DNA from: a bacterium
Lineage (GTDB): Bacteria; JADJOY01
Length of the DNA: 64,000 nucleotides
Direction of reading: 5' to 3'
Assembly: GCA_046331705.1 (NCBI GenBank)
Contig: JAXLQJ010000005.1
Span: forward strand, 62,001-126,000
Shown here piece after piece: positions 20,706 through 29,426 of this stretch. The notes below the pieces were generated by a model. It did no database searches, had not been told where the DNA came from, and saw only the letters and a list, made by a program, of their open reading frames with translations. Position 1 is the first letter of the stretch; each line of letters begins with the position of its first letter. A program made the translations under genes and the position numbers.

Positions 20706-21838
20706 GGCGCACCCGCCGCTTCCGGCGATCCCGAGGCTCGCGGTGCGGCACCGGATCGTCGTGACCATCGATCGCGAAAGCGCCACAGCCCGATCAGGAA
20801 GCCCATTCCGTAGGCGACGTGCATCGAGGCGAACGCGAGGACGACGCTCGGCCAGGCGCCAGCGCCCTCGCGGCGGACGGCCCACGCCGCAGCGGCACCC
20901 GCCAGCAGCACGTAGGCAACCGTCGCCATCGCCAGGCCCTCGCGGGCCAAGGCGCTCACCGGCGCGAGCGCGATCAGCGCGAGCGCCACCGCGCACGCGA
21001 GCGGCGGCGCGAACTGGCGCGAGCGCATCTGACGCGGATGCTTCTGGAGCACCCGCACCTTCCAGTAGCCGTAGCCGGCGTACTGACGCACGAGCCCCCG
21101 GAACGTCGAGCGGGCGTGATAGCGGCTGGCGAGCTCCGGGCTCAGCACCAGCTTCCAGCCGAGCTTCCGCAGCCGGTAGTTGTATTCGTCGTCCTGGTTT
21201 CGGACGAGCTCTTCGTCGTACGGGCCAGCGGTGTCGATCACCCGGCGCCGGTAGGCCGGAAACGGCACGGTGTCGGCGTCGCGCTCGCCTGCATGCGCGG
21301 TCCGGAACGAACCGCCTCCCACACCGAAGGCGCTGCTCATGGCGAGCGAAATGGCCCGTGCGGTCGCGGACGATCCGACCGTCTCGACGGGACCACCGAC
21401 GCCGGCGACCCCGTCACGCTCGAGCAGCTCGACCGCGCGAGCCACGTAGCCCGGCGGCACCTCGCAGTGGCCGTCCACTCGCACCACGACCTCGCCGCGG
21501 GCCAGCGCCATCGCGCGGTTCATGCCCGTGGGGACGATGCGTTCGGGATTCTCGACGATGCGCACGCGGCCCGCGCCGCTCGCCGTGCGCCGCGCGTCGG
21601 CCCGCGCCAGCGCGGCGACGATGGCGCGGGTATCGTCGGTGGACATCCCGTCGGCGACCAGGATCTCCAGTCGTTCCGCGGGGTAACTCTGGGCCAGGAC
21701 CGCGCCCAGGCTGCGCGCGATGAAGTCGGACTCGTTGCGGATCGGCATGATGAGCGACACCAGCGGCCAGCGATCGCTCGTATCCGCTGCGGTCGAGCCG
21801 ACCGTCTCGGTGGTGGCGCTCGAGGAATCGGCGTGCAT
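20702..21838 (-). CDS. Glycosyltransferase family 2 (ExoA-like)
   Basis: IMPIRNE, DGMSTD, RVDGH, RNQDDEYNYR, C-terminal TMs. Confidence 0.92.
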   Translation of the reverse strand: MHADSSSATTETVGSTAADTSDRWPLVSLIMPIRNESDFIARSLGAVLAQSYPAERLEILVADGMSTDDTRAIVAALARADARRTASGAGRVRIVENPERIVPTGMNRAMALARGEVVVRVDGHCEVPPGYVARAVELLERDGVAGVGGPVETVGSSATARAISLAMSSAFGVGGGSFRTAHAGERDADTVPFPAYRRRVIDTAGPYDEELVRNQDDEYNYRLRKLGWKLVLSPELASRYHARSTFRGLVRQYAGYGYWKVRVLQKHPRQMRSRQFAPPLACAVALALIALAPVSALAREGLAMATVAYVLLAGAAAAWAVRREGAGAWPSVVLAFASMHVAYGMGFLIGLWRFRDRWSRRSGAAPRASGSPEAAGAP

Positions 21839-21978
21839 CGAGGTCCTCGCTCACGGATCGCGTCGAACGTGCCGATCCTCGTCGGGGAGATCTGCTGTCA
21901 CGGGCGTCGCGGACGGCCCGCGCAACCGGCGCGCCCCGAAGCGGGACGCGAGCGCGATCGGGCATCTCGCCCTGTCTT

Positions 21979-21994
21979 TGCGAAGGCGATGCCA
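21979..21994 (-). promoter_or_regulatory. Putative sigma-54 promoter TGGCATCGCCTTCGCA
   Basis: GG-N10-GC spacing, upstream of the GT2 gene in an intergenic gap. Confidence 0.6.
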
Positions 21995-22248
21995 GCGGTC
22001 CTGAGGCCCGCGAAGCCCGTCGCGCGATCCCGTGACGATCGCAGCTGGACCCGGGCACGAACGCGCGAGGCGCGCTGTGAGCAGCGCCACACACCGTGTT
22101 TCTGGTCACACGCGGCGCGGCGTCACGCACCGCGGCCACTCGGCATGCGCGCGGATCGAGAGGCAAGAGCGATCCACGGCCGATCGCGCACGGCACGCAA
22201 CCGACCGTCTCGAGGGAAGAATTTGCCGGGGGGCTTGCGTTTTCCGCG

Positions 22249-23481
22249 TCACGCGCCGCGCTGGCGGAGCGCACCGGAGAGCGCCGTCGCGCGCGGCGGC
22301 GATTGGACCGGTGCGCGCTGGGCGACGCTGGGCGCGCCGCCCCACTCGACCCACTCGGGAGTGCCGAGCGTGAGGCGCCGTTCCATCGCGGCGAGCACCG
22401 GCTCGACGGGGATCGCCCCGAGGCACGCGTGCTCGTGCGTGCAGCGTGCGGGATCGAACCGCTCGCCGAAGTGAGGAAAGCACGGCTGCCGATCGCATCC
22501 ACCGCGTTTCACCACCGACCACGCACTGCCGAGCGGATGCGTCAGCCCCGGATCGGTCGGCCCGAAGATCACCACCGACGGCAGCGCGACCGCTCCCGCC
22601 AGATGCGCGAGCCCGGAATCGTTGGCGAGGAGAAGACGCGCGCGTGCCAGCGCCGCCGTCACCGTCGAGAGCCGCACGTCGGTGCTGACCGCGACACGAT
22701 CGTCGCCGATCGTCCGCCAGGCGTGCGCATGATCGGTCTCTCCCGGACCGACGGGAATCCAGACCCGCCAGTCGGGATGCGCGTGCAGGAAGCGCCGCAC
22801 GACCTCCAGGAAGCGGTCGAGCGGCCAACGCTTGTAGGGATTCGCCGGCTCGCAGCCGGTGGCGACCACCAACACCGGCCTCCCGGCGAAACCGTGCGAG
22901 TCCCACAGCGACGCGGCCAGATGATGGTCTTCCCCGCGCAGCGCCGCGAACGGGGAGCCCGCGTCGACGCGCGGCAACGCGCGCCGCAACGCCTCCACCA
23001 GCAGCGTGGCCGCGTGCTCGCCGCGGCTCGCCACCACGCCGTGACTGAACCACGGCCGCCGCAGGTGCCGCGGCCACACTCCCGCGCACGCTCGGGGCGC
23101 CACCACGCGCATCGCCCAGCGGTGCTTCCAGAGCGTGAGCCCTCCCGGCAGCACGGCGAGGTCGTAGCGATGACGCAGGCGCGCGAGCGCCCGCCAGAAC
23201 GCGACCCCACGCTCGTCGAGGACGTGCGTGAGATCCACGTCCGGGTGCCCGGCGAGCACCGCGCGCGAGGCGTCGCGAAAGAACGCGAGCTCGATGCGGG
23301 CGTCGGGATGGGCGCGCCTGAGTCCCGAGATCGCCGGCGAAGCGAGGATCGCGTCGCCGATGCCGTGCGGCAGCCAGAAGAGCACCCGGGGACTCGCGAG
23401 GTCGAGCGCGTCGCCGAAGCCGCGGCGCGGAAGCGCGCCGGTGCCGAGCACGGGCCGCGAGGGATCGCCGCACGCGCGCAC
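22249..23481 (-). CDS. Glycosyltransferase family 9 (heptosyltransferase-like)
   Basis: GIGDAIL, KRWP, ANDSGLAHLA, IFGPT. Confidence 0.88.
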   Translation of the reverse strand: MRACGDPSRPVLGTGALPRRGFGDALDLASPRVLFWLPHGIGDAILASPAISGLRRAHPDARIELAFFRDASRAVLAGHPDVDLTHVLDERGVAFWRALARLRHRYDLAVLPGGLTLWKHRWAMRVVAPRACAGVWPRHLRRPWFSHGVVASRGEHAATLLVEALRRALPRVDAGSPFAALRGEDHHLAASLWDSHGFAGRPVLVVATGCEPANPYKRWPLDRFLEVVRRFLHAHPDWRVWIPVGPGETDHAHAWRTIGDDRVAVSTDVRLSTVTAALARARLLLANDSGLAHLAGAVALPSVVIFGPTDPGLTHPLGSAWSVVKRGGCDRQPCFPHFGERFDPARCTHEHACLGAIPVEPVLAAMERRLTLGTPEWVEWGGAPSVAQRAPVQSPPRATALSGALRQRGA

Positions 23482-23482
23482 G

Positions 23483-24508
23483 TCACGAGACCTCGGCGAG
23501 CGCGGTCACGCACTCGGCCATGCGCGCCTGCCAGGTGTAGCCGGCCACGCGGCGGTGGCCCTGCGCGGCGATGGAGGCGCGGGCGGCGTCGTGCAGCAGA
23601 TAGAAGCGGACCTTGTCGAGCAGCTCCTCGTCGCTGCCGAAGAACACCGCCTCGTGATCCTCGCTGAAGAGCTCGCGGTGCGCGTCGGTGCGCTCCGCGA
23701 GGAGCAGCGTGCCGCACGCGGGGATCTCGAACGAGCGCGTGGTGTAGACGTCGCCCACGTCGTGATTGAGGAAGCCGAGACCGATGCGAGCGGCGCTGAG
23801 CGCGCGCGCGTAGTCGTCGCCGTAGACCCAGCCGCGCTGCAAGCGGCGAAGGACCGTGCCGGTGGCGCCGCGCTCCCAGCGGCGCCCGTAGATCGCCAGC
23901 GTGCACACCTCACTGCGCGCGAGCGTCGCCAGCGAGCGAGCGCGGGCGGCGTTGTGCTCTCCCACGAACGCCACGTCGGCGCCGAAGCGCGCGCGCGCCT
24001 CGGACGAGAGCGCGATCGGCCGATGGATGCCGGGATCGTATCCCTGCTGCGAGAAACGAACCTGCTTGGCGCCCAGGGCCAAGTAGCGCGACGGCTCGTT
24101 CGGCTTGGTGGTGATGCAGAGGTCGTAGGCGCCGACCGCCTCGCGAAAGCAGCGATTCGAGAAGCCAGGGCTTGCGAGCGAGTCCGGGGTGTAGTGCGCC
24201 ACCCGCGCTCGGCACCCGCTGCGGACCTCCTCGATCGCGGCGCGGCTCACCAGCAGCCCTTGGTCCACCCACACCCAGTCGGGCTCGAATCGCCGCGCCT
24301 CGCGCACCAGCTCGCCGCTGACCCGCGTCACGAGCGGTCCCCAACCGAGGCGATGCGCGAGCGAGTGCCAGGGGCGCCGGCCCCAGCCCACCTCGGGCAC
24401 GAAGCGTCGCGTGTCGACGGCGTAGACGTGGGCGACGCGCCGCAGCGCCTCGCAGCGTTGCAGGCTGGTGCCGCCCCAGCCGAGGGTTCCGAAATAGAGG
24501 ATCCTCAT
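23483..24508 (-). CDS. Glycosyltransferase, CgeB/Glyco_trans_1_2 family
   Basis: HYTPD, DVAFVG, TRSFEIPACG. Confidence 0.85.
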   Translation of the reverse strand: MRILYFGTLGWGGTSLQRCEALRRVAHVYAVDTRRFVPEVGWGRRPWHSLAHRLGWGPLVTRVSGELVREARRFEPDWVWVDQGLLVSRAAIEEVRSGCRARVAHYTPDSLASPGFSNRCFREAVGAYDLCITTKPNEPSRYLALGAKQVRFSQQGYDPGIHRPIALSSEARARFGADVAFVGEHNAARARSLATLARSEVCTLAIYGRRWERGATGTVLRRLQRGWVYGDDYARALSAARIGLGFLNHDVGDVYTTRSFEIPACGTLLLAERTDAHRELFSEDHEAVFFGSDEELLDKVRFYLLHDAARASIAAQGHRRVAGYTWQARMAECVTALAEVS

Positions 24509-25842
24509 GCGCTCACTCGGCGCAGCCACACGAAGGTCGAGGCCAGCGCGGACCACAGCGCGATGAGCCCGATCCCGAATACGGTCTGCATCACGTAGTT
24601 CGCGATCCCACCGTCGACCAGCCCCTTGAGCCCCGCCGCGGCGCACAGGTAGCAGAGCAGCGGGAAGCGATCGCCGCGACGCCGGCTCGCGCGGTGCGCG
24701 GAGCCGTAGAAGCCGCCCAGGGACGAGCCCACCACCAGGCTGCCGAGCAAGACCCCCGGCAGCCCTCCCTCGGCGAACAGGAACCCGAAGAGGTGCGGCG
24801 CGACGAACATCGGCACCGCTGGCGAGAAGTCGCGCGGCATGTAGAGCGGCCCGATCTCGAGGGCGCGGCTCAGCGGCTTGTCGGGCCACAGCGCCCGCGG
24901 CACGAGCTGGCTCAGCTCGTCGCGCAGCCACGTCCCGTGGGAGTGCTCCAGGCCGATGTCGCCGTCACCGGCGACGATCACCGCGAAGAGCTCGAACGAG
25001 TACTCGCGGTGCAGCAGCGCTTCGACGGCTCGGCTCGCGCTCACGCTCTCGCCCGGCGTCTGGGTGATGACGGCGACGGCGCGCGGCACCACCAGCAGCA
25101 CCGCGGACGCGACCACCGCGGCGATCCAGGGGCCGCCCGCGCCGCGAAAGATGCGCGCCTGCGAGTACGTGAGCACGGCGGTCGCGATGCGGATGATCCC
25201 GGCCTTCGACATCGACAGCAACGTGATCGGCGCCGCGACCAGCAACGCCACCACACCGTGACTGCGGCTGCTGACGAAGAGCACGGCGGGGATGAGGAAC
25301 GCACTGGTGAAGACGACGTGCATCCAGTAGTGGCCGTAGCCGGTGCCGAAGATGAACCCGCGGATGTCACGCAACGACTCGAGGACACCGCCGCCGTAAC
25401 GCTGCAGCTCGTAGAGCTTCACCGAGGTCGCGCCCGCCAGCAGCAGCACCCCGGTGACCAGCACCATCGCCGGCGACACGCCGCGGAAGACCGGCAGATT
25501 CGGATGGTCGAGGTCCCACAGGTCGGCGCGCGCAGCCACGATCGGGGTGCCCACGAGGCGCACACCGACGAGGAAGCAGGCGAACGCCAGCGCCTGGATC
25601 GCGAGGGCTCGCACCAGGAACCAGGGATCGCCCAGGAACGCTTGGCTGGTGATCTTCATCGTGTCGCCGCCGAGCGCGGTCACGACGGGCACGAGCGACT
25701 GATAGACGAGCAGCACCGGAAAGATCACGGCCGGGTGCATCAGACGAAGCGTGCGGCGCAACGCCGCGGTGAGCATCGGCGCCAAGAGCAGCATCGACGC
25801 GAGCAAGGTCGCGACGAAGATGAGTGCCCGAGACTCGATCAC
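24505..25842 (-). CDS. Putative Wzy polysaccharide polymerase
   Basis: About 10 TMs; LVPRALWPDKP loop and FAEGGLPG motif; locus context. Confidence 0.7.
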   Translation of the reverse strand: MIESRALIFVATLLASMLLLAPMLTAALRRTLRLMHPAVIFPVLLVYQSLVPVVTALGGDTMKITSQAFLGDPWFLVRALAIQALAFACFLVGVRLVGTPIVAARADLWDLDHPNLPVFRGVSPAMVLVTGVLLLAGATSVKLYELQRYGGGVLESLRDIRGFIFGTGYGHYWMHVVFTSAFLIPAVLFVSSRSHGVVALLVAAPITLLSMSKAGIIRIATAVLTYSQARIFRGAGGPWIAAVVASAVLLVVPRAVAVITQTPGESVSASRAVEALLHREYSFELFAVIVAGDGDIGLEHSHGTWLRDELSQLVPRALWPDKPLSRALEIGPLYMPRDFSPAVPMFVAPHLFGFLFAEGGLPGVLLGSLVVGSSLGGFYGSAHRASRRRGDRFPLLCYLCAAAGLKGLVDGGIANYVMQTVFGIGLIALWSALASTFVWLRRVSA

Positions 25843-25849
25843 GACGAGC

Positions 25850-27184
25850 TCACGCGTGCGCAGCCGCGACGGCGCTGGGCGGCGCAGCGGGCGCGACGAT
25901 TCGCGCCGCGATCCCGCGCGCCTCGACGGGAGTGACGTCGCGAAATCCGCCCGGCAGCAGATAGTGGTGCCGCAGAAACGAGAGCCAGCGCAGCACCTCG
26001 TGGGGTTCCGGTGGGCGCGGATCGCGGAGCCACGCGGACAGGTCCGTCGGATCGGCGATCGGTGTGGCGAGCCCCCGTTTCGCGTACCAGGCCGCGCCCA
26101 GCGTCGCGACGGGACGGCCGTGGAGCAGTCCCTCGAACCCGACCGTCGAGTTGAGCGTGACCACGCACTGGGCGTGGCGGACCAGCTCCATGGACGGTGC
26201 GTGTCGCACCAGCGTCGCGCGGCTACCGAGCGCCGCGAGCGCGCGCCGCACACCGCTCGAGCGGGACCTTCCCCGATCCATCGGGTGCGGCTTCACCACC
26301 AGACGAAGATCCGCGGGCAGCGCACGCGCGACCGCGCTCACGAGTGCCTCCATGTCGCGGATGCGATCGCTGTTGACCAGCACCTGGGTGTCGTCGTGGA
26401 CCTGCAGCGGCACGAACACGTAGCGGCCGAGCTCGCGCGGCTCCACGCGGTCGCCGGGCTCGAGGCGAGCCGCCAGCTTGGGCACCAGGAATTGCCGCGC
26501 GATCTGCCAGCTGGTGCGGCCGTTGATCGCCGCCATCTCCTGGCGCAGCATCGCCAGCGAGTCGACGTGGCTGGTCCAGGAATCGAGTGCCGAGGCCCAC
26601 GGGCGCGGACGCACCCGTCCCGCGAGGAGCGCGACGAGGTACGAGGCGGTATCGGGCGCGGGCTCGGGGAGGCTTTCGGTGGCGAGATCCATCAGCGCGC
26701 CGCGCCGGTTCACCCCGTGCGGATCGAGCACCAGCGTGTTGGGCAGGAACCCGGCCTCGGTGTGCCAGGCCAGCTCGACACCCCGAGCCCTCAGCTCGCG
26801 TTTCGCCGCGCCGCACAAGAAGCCAGAGCCGTTGTTGAGCACCACGCGCTGGTAACCGCGGCGAGACTGGAGCGTGCCGAAGAAAGCGCTCACGGCCGCG
26901 CAGGCGCGCGCCAGCCGCGGGCGGACCTCGGCGCGCGCGATGCGCAGCTCGAAATCCGCGAGCTCGGCGAGCTCCGCCGACGGCACCGCGTCGGCGCTCC
27001 GATAGAGGCTCCGGTACGGTCCCGCGAAATCGAGCGTCGGGATGCCGCGACGCGCGAGGAAGCTCTTCGTGCGCGGGAAGATTGGCAGCAGATCGGCCTC
27101 GTGACCGAGATCGCGAAGCGCGTGCGCGAGCGCGAGATAGAGCGGCGCCTGCGTGACGGCGACCGGCATCAACAGCACCTTCAT
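25850..27184 (-). CDS. Capsule synthesis protein, KpsS/KpsC-like glycosyltransferase
   Basis: EAGFLP, DPHGVN, FVPLQVHDDTQ, VKPHP, TLNSTVGFEGLL. Confidence 0.82.
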   Translation of the reverse strand: MKVLLMPVAVTQAPLYLALAHALRDLGHEADLLPIFPRTKSFLARRGIPTLDFAGPYRSLYRSADAVPSAELAELADFELRIARAEVRPRLARACAAVSAFFGTLQSRRGYQRVVLNNGSGFLCGAAKRELRARGVELAWHTEAGFLPNTLVLDPHGVNRRGALMDLATESLPEPAPDTASYLVALLAGRVRPRPWASALDSWTSHVDSLAMLRQEMAAINGRTSWQIARQFLVPKLAARLEPGDRVEPRELGRYVFVPLQVHDDTQVLVNSDRIRDMEALVSAVARALPADLRLVVKPHPMDRGRSRSSGVRRALAALGSRATLVRHAPSMELVRHAQCVVTLNSTVGFEGLLHGRPVATLGAAWYAKRGLATPIADPTDLSAWLRDPRPPEPHEVLRWLSFLRHHYLLPGGFRDVTPVEARGIAARIVAPAAPPSAVAAAHA

Positions 27185-29394
27185 GACTCGACTCCGTGCG
27201 GGGCCGGCCCCCGGCGTGGGTGGCGGCAGACCGCGACCATGACCAGCGGCTCCGCTCCCGCGGGCACGGGCTCGACGGCGAACTCGTCGCACGTCGCGAC
27301 GCCCGCCGCGCGAGACGTGCTCGAAGCACGCGATGCGACGGGGCCGACCACCGCCGGATCGCCACCGACGATGCGGCGATACGCGCGACGCAACGCGCGG
27401 TGCAACCCGGGATGGGCGATCGCCCGATGGATCGGCCGTGCGAACCGCGCGTCGAGCCAGCCGCGCGCGAGACACCGGACCTCGTGGGTGCGCGGCTCGT
27501 TCACGGGCACCTGACCGAGGCGCTCGACCTGCTCGAAATGCCGTTCGAGCAGCGCGTAGAAGTCGTCCGGGAACCACTCGGTGGCGTGAAACGGGTTGCG
27601 CGGCGGGCCGTGCGCTCGCCACGGGCTCGAGAAGCGACGGTTGGGCGTGCTCACGACGCACGCGCCCGCGTCCTTGAGGACCCGCGTCACCTCGTGCAGA
27701 AACGACTCCGGGCACTCGACGTGCTCGATGGTCTCGAAGCTCACCAACGCGTCCACCGATCGATCCGCGAGCGGCAGCGCGCCGACGTCGGCGGTGAGGT
27801 GGTGCTGCGTGTCCGCGTCGCCGGCGCGGCGGCGCGCGTGCTCGACGGCGATCCTCGACAGATCCACGCCGACCACGCGTCGAGCCGCTCCGGCGCGCGC
27901 GAGCACCCGGCCGCCATAGCCGGTGCCGCAAGCCGCATCGACGACCACGCCCGCGCCGAGCCGCCGCGCGGCGAACGCGTAGCGCGCGAGATGACGACGG
28001 TGATTGGGATCCGAAGCGTCCAGCTCGACGATTCGGCAATCGCCGAGCGCCGGCGCTGGCTCGGCCGCGACCGGGGAGCGCTCGACAGCGGCGCGAGCGG
28101 CGCGACGCCGTCGACTCGGTCGCGACCGCGCGAACGCGACCGCGCTGGCGCTCACGACGACGACCTGCGCCAGCACGAGCGCGCACGCGGCGCCGGCAGC
28201 ACCTCGAGCGGGGATCAGCACCAGCGACGCGACCAGGCTCGCGGCCGCGCCGCACAGGATCGGCACCACGAAGCTGCGCACCTCGCCGAGCGCGAGGAAC
28301 GCGTTCCCGAACACGCTCCCGCAGGCGACCACCGGGACCGCCAGCAACAGCAGGCGGAACGCCTCGAGGGCCGATGCGTACTCCGGCTTCGCCCACGTGA
28401 TGACGATGGGGCCAACCGCCCACGCGCCGAGCGCGACGAGGGTCGCCCCGAGCAGCATCGCTGCCGACACGTTCCAGGTGCGGCGCCACGCTTCGGCGCG
28501 TGACTCCCGCGCCAGCACCGCCAGCTCGGGGAGGATGAGCCGATAGGCGAGGCCGATGATGCCGAGCAGCGCGAAGACCAGCTGCGACGCGATCGCGTAG
28601 CGGCCGGTGGCGGCGCCGGTGTCGACCCAGCCCAGCACGAGGATGGGAAGCTGCTGGTAGAGCTGGACGGCGGCGCTCGCGATCGCGAGCGGCCACGAGA
28701 GCCGGAGCAGCCTCGCGATCAAGGCCCAATCGGCGCCACCCGCGGCAAGCCACCCGCGACGGACGGCGACCGACGCCTGGAACGCCCAGAACGCGGCGCC
28801 GGCAGCGACCATCAGCCATGCGACCGCGGCGGGCGACAGGTCGCCGAGCGCGGCGGCTGCCGTGAAGGTCACCAGCAGCAAGACGTTTCGCGCCGCGAAC
28901 CCGGCGACGTGGAGCCACGCGGCGCGGCCGCTGTCGAAGACGCTCATCAGGTCGAGCGCCTGGATCAGCTGGAACGCCGCCACCGGCCACGCGAGCCCGG
29001 CACCGGGCGAGGTGCGCTCGATCGCGGCACCGATGATCACCGCGGTGGGAACGGCCAGCATGAGGCGCTGTGCGAGCGCCGCGCGCGCCAAGCCTGCCCG
29101 CGCCAACCCGAACGGGCGCTGCGCCAGCTCGCGCACCAACAGGCGATCGCTGCCGAAGACTCCGACCAACGCGATGAACGAGCCCAAGGCCAGCGCGTGG
29201 GCGAGCGCGCCGTAGCCCGTCGCGCCGAGCGCGGACGCGGACCCGAGCTGGAAGAACAGGAACGCCGCGTATCCCACGAGCTGCAGGCTCGCGAGCCCGG
29301 TGGTTCGCCATCCGAGCGCCCAGCCGGCGAGACGGGCGCGCGCGGTCTCGCAGTCGACGTGACCGTCGAAGGGCGTCGCCGCGTCGGCCGTCAT
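27181..29394 (-). CDS. Wzx-like flippase fused to a C-terminal class I SAM methyltransferase
   Basis: About 12-14 TMs (ALGATGYG, ATGRYAIA), then HLARYAFA, DAACGTGYG, SFETIEHV, STPN, NPFH in one frame. Confidence 0.8.
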   Translation of the reverse strand: MTADAATPFDGHVDCETARARLAGWALGWRTTGLASLQLVGYAAFLFFQLGSASALGATGYGALAHALALGSFIALVGVFGSDRLLVRELAQRPFGLARAGLARAALAQRLMLAVPTAVIIGAAIERTSPGAGLAWPVAAFQLIQALDLMSVFDSGRAAWLHVAGFAARNVLLLVTFTAAAALGDLSPAAVAWLMVAAGAAFWAFQASVAVRRGWLAAGGADWALIARLLRLSWPLAIASAAVQLYQQLPILVLGWVDTGAATGRYAIASQLVFALLGIIGLAYRLILPELAVLARESRAEAWRRTWNVSAAMLLGATLVALGAWAVGPIVITWAKPEYASALEAFRLLLLAVPVVACGSVFGNAFLALGEVRSFVVPILCGAAASLVASLVLIPARGAAGAACALVLAQVVVVSASAVAFARSRPSRRRRAARAAVERSPVAAEPAPALGDCRIVELDASDPNHRRHLARYAFAARRLGAGVVVDAACGTGYGGRVLARAGAARRVVGVDLSRIAVEHARRRAGDADTQHHLTADVGALPLADRSVDALVSFETIEHVECPESFLHEVTRVLKDAGACVVSTPNRRFSSPWRAHGPPRNPFHATEWFPDDFYALLERHFEQVERLGQVPVNEPRTHEVRCLARGWLDARFARPIHRAIAHPGLHRALRRAYRRIVGGDPAVVGPVASRASSTSRAAGVATCDEFAVEPVPAGAEPLVMVAVCRHPRRGPAPHGVES

Positions 29395-29426
29395 GTCGCG
29401 CGCTCCGAGCGTCGTGCCGGATCCGA

